Shown here in pieces: positions 37,501-46,289 of a DNA stretch of 64,000 nt. Each line of letters opens with the position of its first letter. Position 1 is the first letter of the stretch. The DNA is from Patescibacteria group bacterium (GTDB lineage: Bacteria > Patescibacteriota > Saccharimonadia > CAILAD01 > JADZBC01), in assembly GCA_052034495.1 (NCBI GenBank), contig JBPOIL010000001.1, positions 14 to 64,013 on the forward strand, written 5' to 3'. The notes under the pieces were generated by a model. The model was given only the letters and a program-made list of their open reading frames with translations. It did not search any database and had not been told where the DNA came from. The translations under genes were made by a program, and so were the position numbers.

Positions 37501-37819
37501 GGGTATATTTAACTGTCGTAGTGTGCGTGGAGGCTCATCCTTAAGTCTGCACGGTGAGGGTAGGGCATTCGATGCAGGACTAAATGCCAACAACCCCGAA
37601 CAAAAGAAACGTGGCGACAGTCTCTTCCAGTGGGTTATTAGTAATGCACCTAGTATTGGGGCTCAGGAGGTAATCTGGAATAGGCAAATCTGGACCCCGA
37701 GCAAGGGTATTCGCGCATACACCGGAACAAGCCCACATACCGACCATGTACACATCGGTCAAAACTGGAGCGGCGCACGAAAGCAAACTCCTTTCTATAC
37801 TTCGGGGACTGGAAGATGA
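34541..37819 (+). CDS. Large membrane-anchored protein with C-terminal zinc-peptidase-like (M15/LAS-type) domain
   Basis: Low-complexity N-terminus, one TM, C-terminal SLHGEGRAFD...HTDHVH. Confidence 0.65.
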   Translation: MAQNTGRDPNLDEGQAYGGTPTQQSGGTSMARDIAQAGKDVAKSTGKKSPGNEKLPDSPYVKGGGNGEDSLPSRGAKAAQTMAGKGGTDPTTGQAGRATQAALEATGTAKDKDEQGVAEKAARKAGGKAARAGVDAFTGSDQLGQVADQAVQSIDPKKAAKKGAKAAVATIGIGIALIVTPLLLLLLIIGYAFTHPWDAAKEVITNASYRRFVASVAGLAVGPGSSANSIAAITGPMPYEVDYRPGSAIAAPAGPKPEPGTLEDAISKIDYEKSRNRFKGDYCEYRVITKPVVSYDGQRRNVINKVVDAKGKPVEISSPAVYQCILEQYPVMETMMRSEQARKINKQMQVNFSYAEKEDSKALEGKSKEEVKEALHKKSLTRLWSNSDSPYGNSTECVEDFKPTGPKVDRAIKKVINNLACGAQPEKIDVDYKVEEIPKSLDTDSAKYEKRLVEYTKAACVFYKKLNEDKDAIKKYQLNRAKSSARAGFQALTLADTGVAGEISTEELNGDFYKISNFASSRAYKQEVNGSSDGVQVDPEAIPTTVLGLTKNYFEGLEDNGRIKDSLAEMCKDQDKIGDGGFTGFASFISGLFGGGGPSKEELAKDIDDALTYLKKDIQKNNSQYFTSAEKVTLEDIIVRTVMITSNASNSGVEDGPDNFNRMIVGAKNSSYIHTMSLLGGSYQTEPEAAQASIQVEQYKRLRDKQGGIAYRLWNKDNPRSLASRLAAESTATPSQITEKTSRYALNMLNPIRAFAEVNSMITYVGYGETNRAIAAADDDRAYWKIDTAGVQATEDAVQNARYIEALKKKVADPAYTNDETIKAVAASFAAWDKCMDTYYPDMQTLDDNKDDRACQIMRKTTGSRAIASNYAVSPNKYKLPTGNIRLAALSPTSEKALARKYAVYKGHVNFYSAWARLSKTEKDEEMYANSGPSDESNGAADQVATGNTGPNGSVKSDKPTACTSGPQEGTVELSKYIMSKFGASSMGIFNCRSVRGGSSLSLHGEGRAFDAGLNANNPEQKKRGDSLFQWVISNAPSIGAQEVIWNRQIWTPSKGIRAYTGTSPHTDHVHIGQNWSGARKQTPFYTSGTGR

Positions 37820-38769
37820 TAAGTAAACGAACCTTATTGGTCATTGTTGGCGTAGCTTCCATAATAATGGTTGCCCTCCTTGTGTCTGCCCGAGGGAGTA
37901 GCGTTAGTTTGGTTTCAAATGTCCAGGCTGAGCAAATCCTCGGAGAATTTGATGGAAACATTTACTTTGTCAAAGGCGGCAGTGTCATAAGGCAATCCTT
38001 GGATAAAAAGGCCTATGAAGTACTCGCTAGTGATGCGCTGTTAGCCAGTCTGTCTCCCGCAAAAACAAAGTTAGCCTACACGAGCACCAATAAGGATGGT
38101 GATAGTGTTGTGGCAAGCATAGACCTAGTGTCAAATGGGCAAAGGTCCTATAAAAACGCCATTAACTACGCTTGGTATAAAAACAGCCTTGTCTTACTTG
38201 AAGAGAGTGGGGATGAATATGGCTATAACATTATTGACAGCGGCAGCGGAAAAACACTTCGTGAGAATGCTACTGTTTTTGGAGTGTGGAGTACGTCCAA
38301 CAAAGTATATTCAAGAACAGAACTAGATCCAAATCTAAATGAAGAAGATTCTACAAGTATGATTATAAACCCGATCCTGCCCGAGAGTAGTGTGAAGACT
38401 TCATTAAGTGGTGTTAATTCGGAAGTTTCTAATTGTGGGGACCTGTTCATGTATCGACATACCGACGGACTGATCAGAGTAGCTAGTGGTGGCGGTAAGG
38501 TCTTTTCCGTTAAGAAGCCACTGGAAAGCCCTCATATTGCCTGTGCCGACCAAGGAGGCTTTTATGTACTAGATTTTAATAAGGAAGGCTCCAAGGCAGC
38601 AGTAATTCTAGTTGACGACCAGGGTGATTTCCAGGAAGAAAAAAGCATTAATTTAGGCGAGAGAACTATAATAAATTCGCCTGGCCAATCACTTGTTGGG
38701 TCTATCAACTATAATAATAACTACCTGTACCTAGCCACCGATAAAGGTATAGTAAGGACCAAGCCATGA
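37816..38769 (+). CDS. Membrane-anchored beta-rich (propeller-like) protein
   Basis: N-terminal TM; LSPAKTKLAY and YLYLATDKG blade-like motifs. Confidence 0.55.
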   Translation: MISKRTLLVIVGVASIIMVALLVSARGSSVSLVSNVQAEQILGEFDGNIYFVKGGSVIRQSLDKKAYEVLASDALLASLSPAKTKLAYTSTNKDGDSVVASIDLVSNGQRSYKNAINYAWYKNSLVLLEESGDEYGYNIIDSGSGKTLRENATVFGVWSTSNKVYSRTELDPNLNEEDSTSMIINPILPESSVKTSLSGVNSEVSNCGDLFMYRHTDGLIRVASGGGKVFSVKKPLESPHIACADQGGFYVLDFNKEGSKAAVILVDDQGDFQEEKSINLGERTIINSPGQSLVGSINYNNNYLYLATDKGIVRTKP

Positions 38770-40514
38770 AAAAAAACCTAGCTAAAATCCTACAAATACT
38801 CATCATAATGCTGGTATGCACTAGCAATGTAGCGTTCGCCTTTACAACAGAGCAGCGTAGGGAGCTTGAACTTAGGACGTTTTATGACCCTACTGACGGT
38901 ACGAGCTGTGGAGTGGGTGGTGCAGTAGGGACTTTTCAGGGACTGGCTGGAAAGGTCTATATGATAGGTGACTCAATTACTGAGGGTACCTATACAGAGC
39001 TTAATAATGCTTTCTCAACAAAAGGCCTAACCTCTGTTGACATTAATGGCAAATCAAGCCGCAGGCTGAGTGAGGGAGGCACGGATCTTGACGGAATGAC
39101 AGTTCTAGCAAACGACAAAACAACTTGGTCGGATGCGAATACGATTGTCGTAGCTCTCGGAACAAATGGTGGTGTTAGTTCTACCAATGTTAAAAAAACT
39201 ATCGATACCATTAAAGCTGGTAACTCGTCGGCGAAGATATACTGGGTAAACATTGGTGTAGATAATAATAAGCGAAATGGTGCGGATATAAATGCCGATG
39301 CAATCAACTCAGCCCTGGCATCATCGGCGTCTACACTTGGTTTTACTATGATTGACTGGTCGGGCGCGGTAAAAACAAATACCGGATATATTTCTTCTGA
39401 CGGCCTAGGCGTACACCCGTTCACCGCTAGTGGGAAAAAGGGCTTTGCGGATGTCGTTACGAACGCCCTAGCTACGGTCACCCCAACACCCGCAACAACT
39501 AGTGAAACCACGGACCTAAGCAATGTAGGAGGCACGAACCCCCAAAAGATCTATAGCTACTTTATTGGCAGAGGCTTAACTCCTATTCAAACTGCTGGAA
39601 TTATGGGCAACTTACAGGCAGAATCGGGCTTTAATCCTGGGGTCGAGGAAAAGGGCACTGCACGAAAAGACAAAGGTTATGGTATAGCTCAGTGGACATT
39701 CGGACGTAGAACAAATCTGGAAAGCTTTGCTTCTGGCAAAGGTAAGCCAGCCAGTGACTTAGGTGTGCAACTCGACTTTCTATGGAGTGAGCTCAACGGT
39801 GCATATAAGACTAAGGTACTAGACGTGATTAAAGGAACTGCTTCACTTGAGGTGGCTACCTATGTGTTTCTCGAAAAGTTCGAGGTTCCAGCAAACATCG
39901 AGGGTAATAAGCCAATTCGCTTAGGATTCGCACAGAATGTCTTGTCCCAACCATGGATAGGTAATATTAGTGGTGATGTCTTTGCCTCATCAGGTTCTTG
40001 CGACAGCGACAGCGCCGCCGCAACTGGTAGTGGGACACCTCAATTCAAGATTGTAAACGCAGCGCAAAAAGAACTTGCAAATGGCGCAAGCGAATCCGAC
40101 ACAAGCCCTACATCCGACAAGAGCTATTTAAAGTACACAAACGGAACAAAGATCCCCTGGTGCGCAGCCTTCCTGAGCTGGGTATTAAAAGAGTCTGGGG
40201 TTCCATTTGATGGTGGTGGAAATGGGGGCTGGTACATTCCTAGTGTCGATGGTGTGCGTTCTTGGTATGAAAGCAAGGGTACATTTAAGGCTGCTCGATC
40301 TGGTTACACGCCGGTTCCGGGCGACACTGTGATTATGAAGGAAGGGAAGTCGCCATACCCTTCGCATGTAAACATAGTGATTAGTGTAGAAGGTAATACT
40401 ATTACGACGATCGGCGGGAATGAAGGGAATACGATCAAGAAGCATACCCATCAATCCTATGACGCAGCATACATAACAGGCTTCGGTCAGAATGGAGGAA
40501 TAAGTGGGAATTGA
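38766..40514 (+). CDS. Secreted SGNH hydrolase + phage-tail lysozyme + CHAP domain protein
   Basis: IGDSI/LGTNG/DGLGVHP; AGIMGNLQAESG...GYGIAQWT; PWCAAF...HVNIV...GGN. Confidence 0.85.
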   Translation: MKKNLAKILQILIIMLVCTSNVAFAFTTEQRRELELRTFYDPTDGTSCGVGGAVGTFQGLAGKVYMIGDSITEGTYTELNNAFSTKGLTSVDINGKSSRRLSEGGTDLDGMTVLANDKTTWSDANTIVVALGTNGGVSSTNVKKTIDTIKAGNSSAKIYWVNIGVDNNKRNGADINADAINSALASSASTLGFTMIDWSGAVKTNTGYISSDGLGVHPFTASGKKGFADVVTNALATVTPTPATTSETTDLSNVGGTNPQKIYSYFIGRGLTPIQTAGIMGNLQAESGFNPGVEEKGTARKDKGYGIAQWTFGRRTNLESFASGKGKPASDLGVQLDFLWSELNGAYKTKVLDVIKGTASLEVATYVFLEKFEVPANIEGNKPIRLGFAQNVLSQPWIGNISGDVFASSGSCDSDSAAATGSGTPQFKIVNAAQKELANGASESDTSPTSDKSYLKYTNGTKIPWCAAFLSWVLKESGVPFDGGGNGGWYIPSVDGVRSWYESKGTFKAARSGYTPVPGDTVIMKEGKSPYPSHVNIVISVEGNTITTIGGNEGNTIKKHTHQSYDAAYITGFGQNGGISGN

Positions 40515-41214
40515 ATTCTACAATAAGTACAAAGTGGTGATATGGCTAATGGGCGTAGCTCTGCTAGCTATCCTGAGTGCTGGATTATATTATCGATTCA
40601 TGGTCTTTCAGCTACTTAGCACAGACCCACCGAGCGGCTCAACCATCGTTAGTGCTTCTCGACTTATCACCTTGTCGTACAATAAAGAGCTTGACGATGT
40701 TGACAAGGAAAAGCAGCTCATTACTAGTGATAAAGATATTATCAGTAGTTTTCGTGTCGAGGGATCGTCCATCCTGATACAACTCAGCAACCTAGAAGTT
40801 GGCAAGGCATACACACTTACACTTATTAATATCCGTGCTCTTGATGGCTCGGAAATTAGCAACTACGTATATAAATTCGACTACCAATATGTCCCGTATG
40901 GGAAGTTAGATAAAAAGGAACAGCAACGGCAAATAAACACTACCGACCGTGGGAATCTGGAAAGTCCAGTTATTAAGGCGCTACCTATTACGACCGCCCA
41001 ATATTATATTAGCTATAAGCTACTCGAACAGCCCGATGCGAAAGGCAAGCAGGAAAAGATTATCATCGCATTATTGTTAACTAATCAGGACCTTGAGGAC
41101 AAAGCAAAGATAATACGTTACAAAAAAGCAGCCCTTGAGTTCTTGCGGGCCAACAATATCGACGTTGATGACTATACCGTGGAATACGCACCTGCTGAGG
41201 CCGCTAAGTACTAG
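40504..41214 (+). CDS. Membrane-anchored Ig-like domain protein
   Basis: TM then STDPPSG...ITLSYNKEL...YTLTL (Big_5-like pattern). Confidence 0.6.
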   Translation: MGIEFYNKYKVVIWLMGVALLAILSAGLYYRFMVFQLLSTDPPSGSTIVSASRLITLSYNKELDDVDKEKQLITSDKDIISSFRVEGSSILIQLSNLEVGKAYTLTLINIRALDGSEISNYVYKFDYQYVPYGKLDKKEQQRQINTTDRGNLESPVIKALPITTAQYYISYKLLEQPDAKGKQEKIIIALLLTNQDLEDKAKIIRYKKAALEFLRANNIDVDDYTVEYAPAEAAKY

Positions 41215-41486
41215 CGCACACTAACGCGTAAGAATTTAACCACCTCTGGCCTAATTTTTGCATTGATAGCTGCAAGTAGGGTAGGTGCTTGTAAACGAAT
41301 TTCGCTGGCAGCCGAGGAGTCTTCGGTTGAAACCCTTAGGGTACCGTTTTGATAACTGAGCACCCGAACCTCCACCTTAATATGTTCCATTATCACGAGC
41401 TTCGCTTCAGTCATGACGTCATGAGTTCCGCTATCTAACTGATCAACTCGCTTAGCGAGCAGATCTCTAATGTTTTCTAGTGCCAT
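41211..41486 (-). CDS. DciA/DUF721-like protein
   Basis: GTLRVST..SSAASEIRL pattern; position after recF. Confidence 0.65.
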   Translation of the reverse strand: MALENIRDLLAKRVDQLDSGTHDVMTEAKLVIMEHIKVEVRVLSYQNGTLRVSTEDSSAASEIRLQAPTLLAAINAKIRPEVVKFLRVSVR

Positions 41487-42548
41487 CTAGGTAACTCCGC
41501 TTAAATCAATTACGTAGCTGTTCTTCGGGATATTCTTATCAACCTCGGTTGTTGTCAGTAAGGTCTGCTGGGTAGAGATTAGGTCCATTAGGTGTTTACG
41601 ACGGTTAGCATCCAGCTCGCTAAATACATCATCGAGTAGCAGGATCGGCTTTTTGCCCAGTTTGTCTTTAATAAACCGCATCTCTGCGATCTTTAATGCC
41701 AAAATAGCCGTTCTAGTCTCACCTCGTGAGGCTGAGGTGGTAATATCTCCATCTTTAAAGAGTAAATCCATGTCATCACGGTGTGGGCCACAAGTGGTAA
41801 AACCAGCACCGCGGTCCTTAATACGGGATGTGGAAAGCGCGGATAAAAAGTCCTGCTTGTCCATATCGGTGTTCGGACAATACTGGAGCTCAAGCTCCGT
41901 ATCCGAACCTGCTATCGTCTCATACACTTCTTTTACAAGTGGTGAAAGTTCTGACACAAAGTCCTTCCTTAAGTCGTATAGTCTCTTGCCTGGTTCACTT
42001 AGCTGAATATCCCAAACAAATAGTTCGTCGTCACTCGCAAACCCACCGCGGACCTTAGCTGCGTGTAGTAAACTGTTGCGCTGTTTTAAAGCCCGCCTGT
42101 ACGTCGCGAGTGCCTCGACGTAAATAGGGGAGACTTGGCACAATACTGTGTCTATATAGCGTCTACGTCGCTCTGGAGAGCCATCAAACAGCAGCATGTC
42201 GTGCGGCTCAAACAAAGTCACTGGGTTACGACCCAGTAGGGTATGTAAGCTTTGCTTTTTACTGTTCAACTTAAGGCGCTTACTGTGAGATTCTCCTTCG
42301 CTCAGCAGCGACAACTCAACCGCATCATCATCGAATTCTGCCACCACACGAAAGAAGTTCTCGCCAGTATTAACTAGGTCTAAATCTCGAGCCCTGAAGG
42401 ATTTAGAGGTAGATGCCACAAATATCGATTCGAGCAGGTTGGTCTTTCCAACTGCATTCGGCCCGCTTATAACCGTTAAATTATCTTCGAATACTAAATC
42501 TATCGCTTTATATGATCGAAAATTAGTAAGCGACAGGGAGCGAATCAT
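41487..42548 (-). CDS. recF: DNA replication/repair protein RecF
   Basis: NFRSY, GPNAVGKTNLLE, GPHRDD and LLLDDVFSELD motifs. Confidence 0.96.
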   Translation of the reverse strand: MIRSLSLTNFRSYKAIDLVFEDNLTVISGPNAVGKTNLLESIFVASTSKSFRARDLDLVNTGENFFRVVAEFDDDAVELSLLSEGESHSKRLKLNSKKQSLHTLLGRNPVTLFEPHDMLLFDGSPERRRRYIDTVLCQVSPIYVEALATYRRALKQRNSLLHAAKVRGGFASDDELFVWDIQLSEPGKRLYDLRKDFVSELSPLVKEVYETIAGSDTELELQYCPNTDMDKQDFLSALSTSRIKDRGAGFTTCGPHRDDMDLLFKDGDITTSASRGETRTAILALKIAEMRFIKDKLGKKPILLLDDVFSELDANRRKHLMDLISTQQTLLTTTEVDKNIPKNSYVIDLSGVT

Positions 42549-42551
42549 ACA

Positions 42552-43649
42552 TTAGCTTCTTAGGGGCATGATTATATGTATGTAGGAGTCGTCTTTACTA
42601 CCGCTCGGTCGAATTGCACATGGATCTAGTTTGTCGTTCATAGCAACCTCAACCTGGGGGGTAGGTATGACTGCTAAGGCGTCCAGAAGGTATCGAGCGT
42701 TCACGGATATCTCTGCCTCAGCACCCTTTAGTTCACCCTCTATGAGTGAGTTGTTTTCTCCTACCTCGGAAGCCCTAGCTGAGAACTGCAGACCGGCCTT
42801 CGTAAAGTCCAGCTTAATCGTGTGGGCGCTCTCGCGAGCAAACAAGCTTGCGACTTTTACTGTGCTAGCGAGCTCCGATTTATTCAAGGTGATAGACGTA
42901 GCTGCCTTGGTAGGGAGTATCTGGCTGTAGTTAGGGAATTTGCCGTCTATCAAGCGCGATACCATACTTACGTCACCAATCTCGAATAAGATTTCGTTCT
43001 GACCAATGGCGATATGGACCTCATCACTTGTGTCGTTCGCGATCCTGTTGAGCTCATTGATCGTCTTGGCTGGAACTATCACACTAATGTCCTTATCCGC
43101 CTTAACTCCTATGGAGGTCTCTGCTAAGCGATAACTATCAGTCGCAGCCAGGGTAAGTTTGCCGCCCTCGACACTGAAAAGTACTCCAGCTAGCACCGGC
43201 CTAGACTCGTCTACCGCGGCCGCTACGACTACTTCGGCTAACCGCTTTACCAGTACATCAGCTGGAATGTTTAATTCAACTTCTGCCTTCACCTTAGGAG
43301 TAGTAGGGAACTCTGTGGCTGCGATACCATTTAGGCTAGATTCAAAGTTGGTGGTTTTAATCTTTAAATTATCTCCCGTAGCTATGAGCTGGAGCTTATC
43401 ACTTGGCAAACCAGACACGAGCTCCGCCAAGAGGCGAGCGGGCACACTCGTAGCACCTTCTTTTTCCACCTTGCAACCTATACTGCAGCTGATTGCTACT
43501 TCTAGGTTTGTTGCACTTACGATCAATCGTGAGGCTTCTGTCTTAAGGAGTACATTAGCAAGTACTGGTAAGCTATTACGCGCACCAACAATTCTTCCTA
43601 CACTCCCCAGTGCTTTATTTAGATTCTCCTGAACGACTGATAGTTTCAT
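42552..43649 (-). CDS. dnaN: DNA polymerase III beta clamp
   Basis: ATNLE, ATDSYRLA, RLIDGKFPNY and IMPLR motifs. Confidence 0.97.
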   Translation of the reverse strand: MKLSVVQENLNKALGSVGRIVGARNSLPVLANVLLKTEASRLIVSATNLEVAISCSIGCKVEKEGATSVPARLLAELVSGLPSDKLQLIATGDNLKIKTTNFESSLNGIAATEFPTTPKVKAEVELNIPADVLVKRLAEVVVAAAVDESRPVLAGVLFSVEGGKLTLAATDSYRLAETSIGVKADKDISVIVPAKTINELNRIANDTSDEVHIAIGQNEILFEIGDVSMVSRLIDGKFPNYSQILPTKAATSITLNKSELASTVKVASLFARESAHTIKLDFTKAGLQFSARASEVGENNSLIEGELKGAEAEISVNARYLLDALAVIPTPQVEVAMNDKLDPCAIRPSGSKDDSYIHIIMPLRS

Positions 43650-43967
43650 TTTTCACCTCTCTATGTATTAGTAATTATAGATTTAAAAAGAAAGTAGTAA
43701 TAGTAGTAAGGCCTGGGGACAATGCGCATAAGCTTATGAATTAGCTTTAGCTTAAGTGTAAAGTGGCTGTGTTAGGTTGTGCGCAAGCACTGTATAACTA
43801 ATGTGTACAGACTGCGTATAACGGTAGTTAGACACAACCACACTTGTTGAACTAATCAGGCTGTGAAGAACTTGTGCAAAAGCGGAGTAGATATGAACAA
43901 TTCATAAACAGGCTTTACACACTTTATCCACTAGTTATACACATATTTACAACATAACTGTGTATAA
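43650..43967. other. Replication origin oriC (dnaA-dnaN intergenic)
   Basis: DnaA boxes TTATCCACT 43924, TTATACACA 43935, TGTGTATAA 43959 and further degenerate boxes; box-GGCC-TACTACTATTACTACT trio array next to an AT-rich tract. Confidence 0.85.
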
Positions 43968-45365
43968 CTATGAACTAAAGATTTTTTGTTTTAGTGTTTG
44001 TATCTCGTGGCTAATCGGTTCGTTAGACCCGGCAAGTTTGTTTATTTTGCGCACACCATGCATGACCGTAGTATGGTCGCGGCCACCCAGTGAGCTCGCA
44101 ATTTGCGGAAAGCTCATACCGAGTTCACGGCGCATTATGTACATGGCGATTTGCCTGGGTACCACAATGTCTTTGTCGCGCTTAGCACCAGTCAGATCTG
44201 TGACCTTAATGTCATAGAACGCCGCGGTGCGCTCTATGATCTGCTTTGGTGTCATGTTCTTTGGCGACGGGTTAAGTGAACCGCCGAGTACTGTTTGAGC
44301 AACTTCAGGAGTTAGTGGCACACCGTGCGCCTGGCAGTAGGCGATAACCCGAGTAAGCCCGCCTTCTAATTCGCGAATGTTGCTCTGGATAGTTTCTGCT
44401 ATGTATGCCGCTACCTCTGTTGAGACATCGAAGTTCTTATCCATAGCCTTGCTTTGGATGATAGCAACACGGGTCTCATAGTCCGGCGGTTGAATGTCTG
44501 CGACCATACCCCATTCGAATCGGCTACGCAGTCGGTCTTCGAGCGTTGCAATCGCCTTTGGCGGCCGATCACTGCACAGTACAATCTGCTTATTAGATTG
44601 ATGAAGGGCATTAAAGGTATGGAAGAACTCCTCCTGGGTCTTTTCCTTACCGGCAATGAACTGAAGGTCGTCTACCAGAAGGACATCTACGTTTCGGTAG
44701 CGAGCGCTAAAGTTTTCGCCCTTGCGAATGGCGTTTGTGAACTGGTTTAGGAAGTCCTCAGTCGTAATATACGTTATCTTGGCATCTGGGTTTGCCGCTG
44801 CTACCGCACTACTAATTGCCCACATGAGGTGGGTTTTACCAACTCCCGGCGGGCCGTATAGGAATAGGGGATTATAGGCCACGCCTGGCTTTTCGCTCAC
44901 GAGCTTGGCTGCGGAAAAGGCTAACCGATTCCCAGACCCAACCACGAAGTTTTCAAAGCTATAACGTTGTCCAATGCTCGAGCTTTGCAAGGAAAGCTGT
45001 GGGGATTCACTGGTTTGGGTTACAGCCTGTGGTTTTGGTTTAGGCTTTTCACTTGGCCCAGGCGCGGTTGAATTTTGCTGCGGAACGCTAATATCTTCTA
45101 CATCGTCACTGGCGGAGCTGCCAACTACGTATTCTACCGCTACGATATCTGGCACAAGCTTTCGCAGCGCCTCGATAATTTGATCGTTATAGACAGTAGC
45201 GAGCCTATCCCGAGCAAAGATGTGGGGGACAGACACGGTTGCTGTAGTGCCTTCGATTGAAACAAGTTGCGTGTTCTTAACCCAAGTTTTGAAGTTAGCC
45301 TTACTCATGCCGACTTCGAGCTCGCCTAAGACACCCTGCCAAATCTTTTGACGTGTTAAATTCAT
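43968..45365 (-). CDS. dnaA: Chromosomal replication initiator DnaA
   Basis: YNPLFLYGPPGVGKTHL, QEEFFHTFN, RLRSRF and GGRDHTTVMH motifs. Confidence 0.98.
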   Translation of the reverse strand: MNLTRQKIWQGVLGELEVGMSKANFKTWVKNTQLVSIEGTTATVSVPHIFARDRLATVYNDQIIEALRKLVPDIVAVEYVVGSSASDDVEDISVPQQNSTAPGPSEKPKPKPQAVTQTSESPQLSLQSSSIGQRYSFENFVVGSGNRLAFSAAKLVSEKPGVAYNPLFLYGPPGVGKTHLMWAISSAVAAANPDAKITYITTEDFLNQFTNAIRKGENFSARYRNVDVLLVDDLQFIAGKEKTQEEFFHTFNALHQSNKQIVLCSDRPPKAIATLEDRLRSRFEWGMVADIQPPDYETRVAIIQSKAMDKNFDVSTEVAAYIAETIQSNIRELEGGLTRVIAYCQAHGVPLTPEVAQTVLGGSLNPSPKNMTPKQIIERTAAFYDIKVTDLTGAKRDKDIVVPRQIAMYIMRRELGMSFPQIASSLGGRDHTTVMHGVRKINKLAGSNEPISHEIQTLKQKIFSS

Positions 45366-45411
45366 TGCCTCACCCTCTTTCTCTTGCTTCCAATCATACT
45401 ATTCCCCAAAG

Positions 45412-45472
45412 TTTTCCACAACTAGCAGAAGTGCCAAAAGTTATCCACTATATCTGACGAAACAGTGGATAA
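45412..45472. promoter_or_regulatory. DnaA boxes upstream of dnaA
   Basis: TTTTCCACA 45412, TTATCCACT 45441, AGTGGATAA 45464. Confidence 0.75.
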
Positions 45473-45487
45473 GTGAGGCTAAGACGA

Positions 45488-45516
45488 TTGACGGCGAGGC
45501 ATTTTTAGCGTAGAAT
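45488..45516 (+). promoter_or_regulatory. rpmH promoter TTGACG-N17-TAGAAT
   Basis: Hexamers seen directly. Confidence 0.75.
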
Positions 45517-45526
45517 ACGTAGGATT

Positions 45527-45661
45527 ATGAAACGAACGCACCAACCAAAAAAACGAAGACGACAGCGCGTCCACGGCTTTATGTCACGCATGGCCACACG
45601 CGTTGGTCGATCAGTACTCAAGCGCCGCCGCCTCAAAGGTCGTAAGCGGGTAGCTATTTAG
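45527..45661 (+). CDS. rpmH: 50S ribosomal protein L34
   Basis: [44 protein letters not shown], read by hand. Confidence 0.97.
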   Translation: MKRTHQPKKRRRQRVHGFMSRMATRVGRSVLKRRRLKGRKRVAI

Positions 45662-45663
45662 TT

Positions 45664-46017
45664 ATGATCGCGCGGGTCTATCGTCTGCGGACGGCGGCCG
45701 ACTTCAACAAAACATACCAGCGTGGCCGCAGCGTAAATGCGGACACCATGTATGTTAAGCATTACCAAAGCCACTTTGAGAATTCTCGAGTGGCTGTTGT
45801 GGTTTCCAAAAAGGTTTCCAAGCGAGCGGTAGTGCGCAATCGTTGCAAACGACGCGTTATAGAAGTAGTACGGAAGGACTGGCAGCATGTAACTCCAGGC
45901 CACAACTTTATTATCACCGTCAAACAAGACATCTCGGCGCTCCCAGCGGCAGAAGTAGAACAAACGGTGCTAGACTTACTGAAAAGGGCAAACCTATGGC
46001 AAAGCACAACCCAGTAA
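45664..46017 (+). CDS. rnpA: Ribonuclease P protein component
   Basis: VSKKVSKRAVVRNRCKR motif; synteny. Confidence 0.95.
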   Translation: MIARVYRLRTAADFNKTYQRGRSVNADTMYVKHYQSHFENSRVAVVVSKKVSKRAVVRNRCKRRVIEVVRKDWQHVTPGHNFIITVKQDISALPAAEVEQTVLDLLKRANLWQSTTQ

Positions 46018-46280
46018 AACGAGTAGCCCTTAAGTCGATTCGACTATACCAACGTACATTGTCGCCAGACCATGGTTGGTTTAAACACCGGCACCCAAAT
46101 GGCTACTGCCGCTTCTACCCAACCTGCAGCGAATACGGCTACCGGGCGATAGAGGAGCGTGGACTCCTGGTAGGGTCTGGTCTTAGCCTGGTAAGAATAG
46201 TAAAATGTAATCCATTGAGTACACCCCGGGTAGACGAAAGTTATAAAAAGAAACCCAAGCACTCAAAGAGAAAGGCATAA
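45996..46280 (+). CDS. yidD: Membrane protein insertion efficiency factor
   Basis: CRFYPTCSEY and RIVKCNP motifs. Confidence 0.93.
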   Translation: MAKHNPVKRVALKSIRLYQRTLSPDHGWFKHRHPNGYCRFYPTCSEYGYRAIEERGLLVGSGLSLVRIVKCNPLSTPRVDESYKKKPKHSKRKA

Positions 46281-46289
46281 TCCTAACAC

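Noticed and set aside
26492-41214. ICE or prophage interpretation of the T4SS and lysozyme genes
   Set aside because: No integrase, relaxase, att repeats or virion genes; composition and position fit a resident CPR locus.
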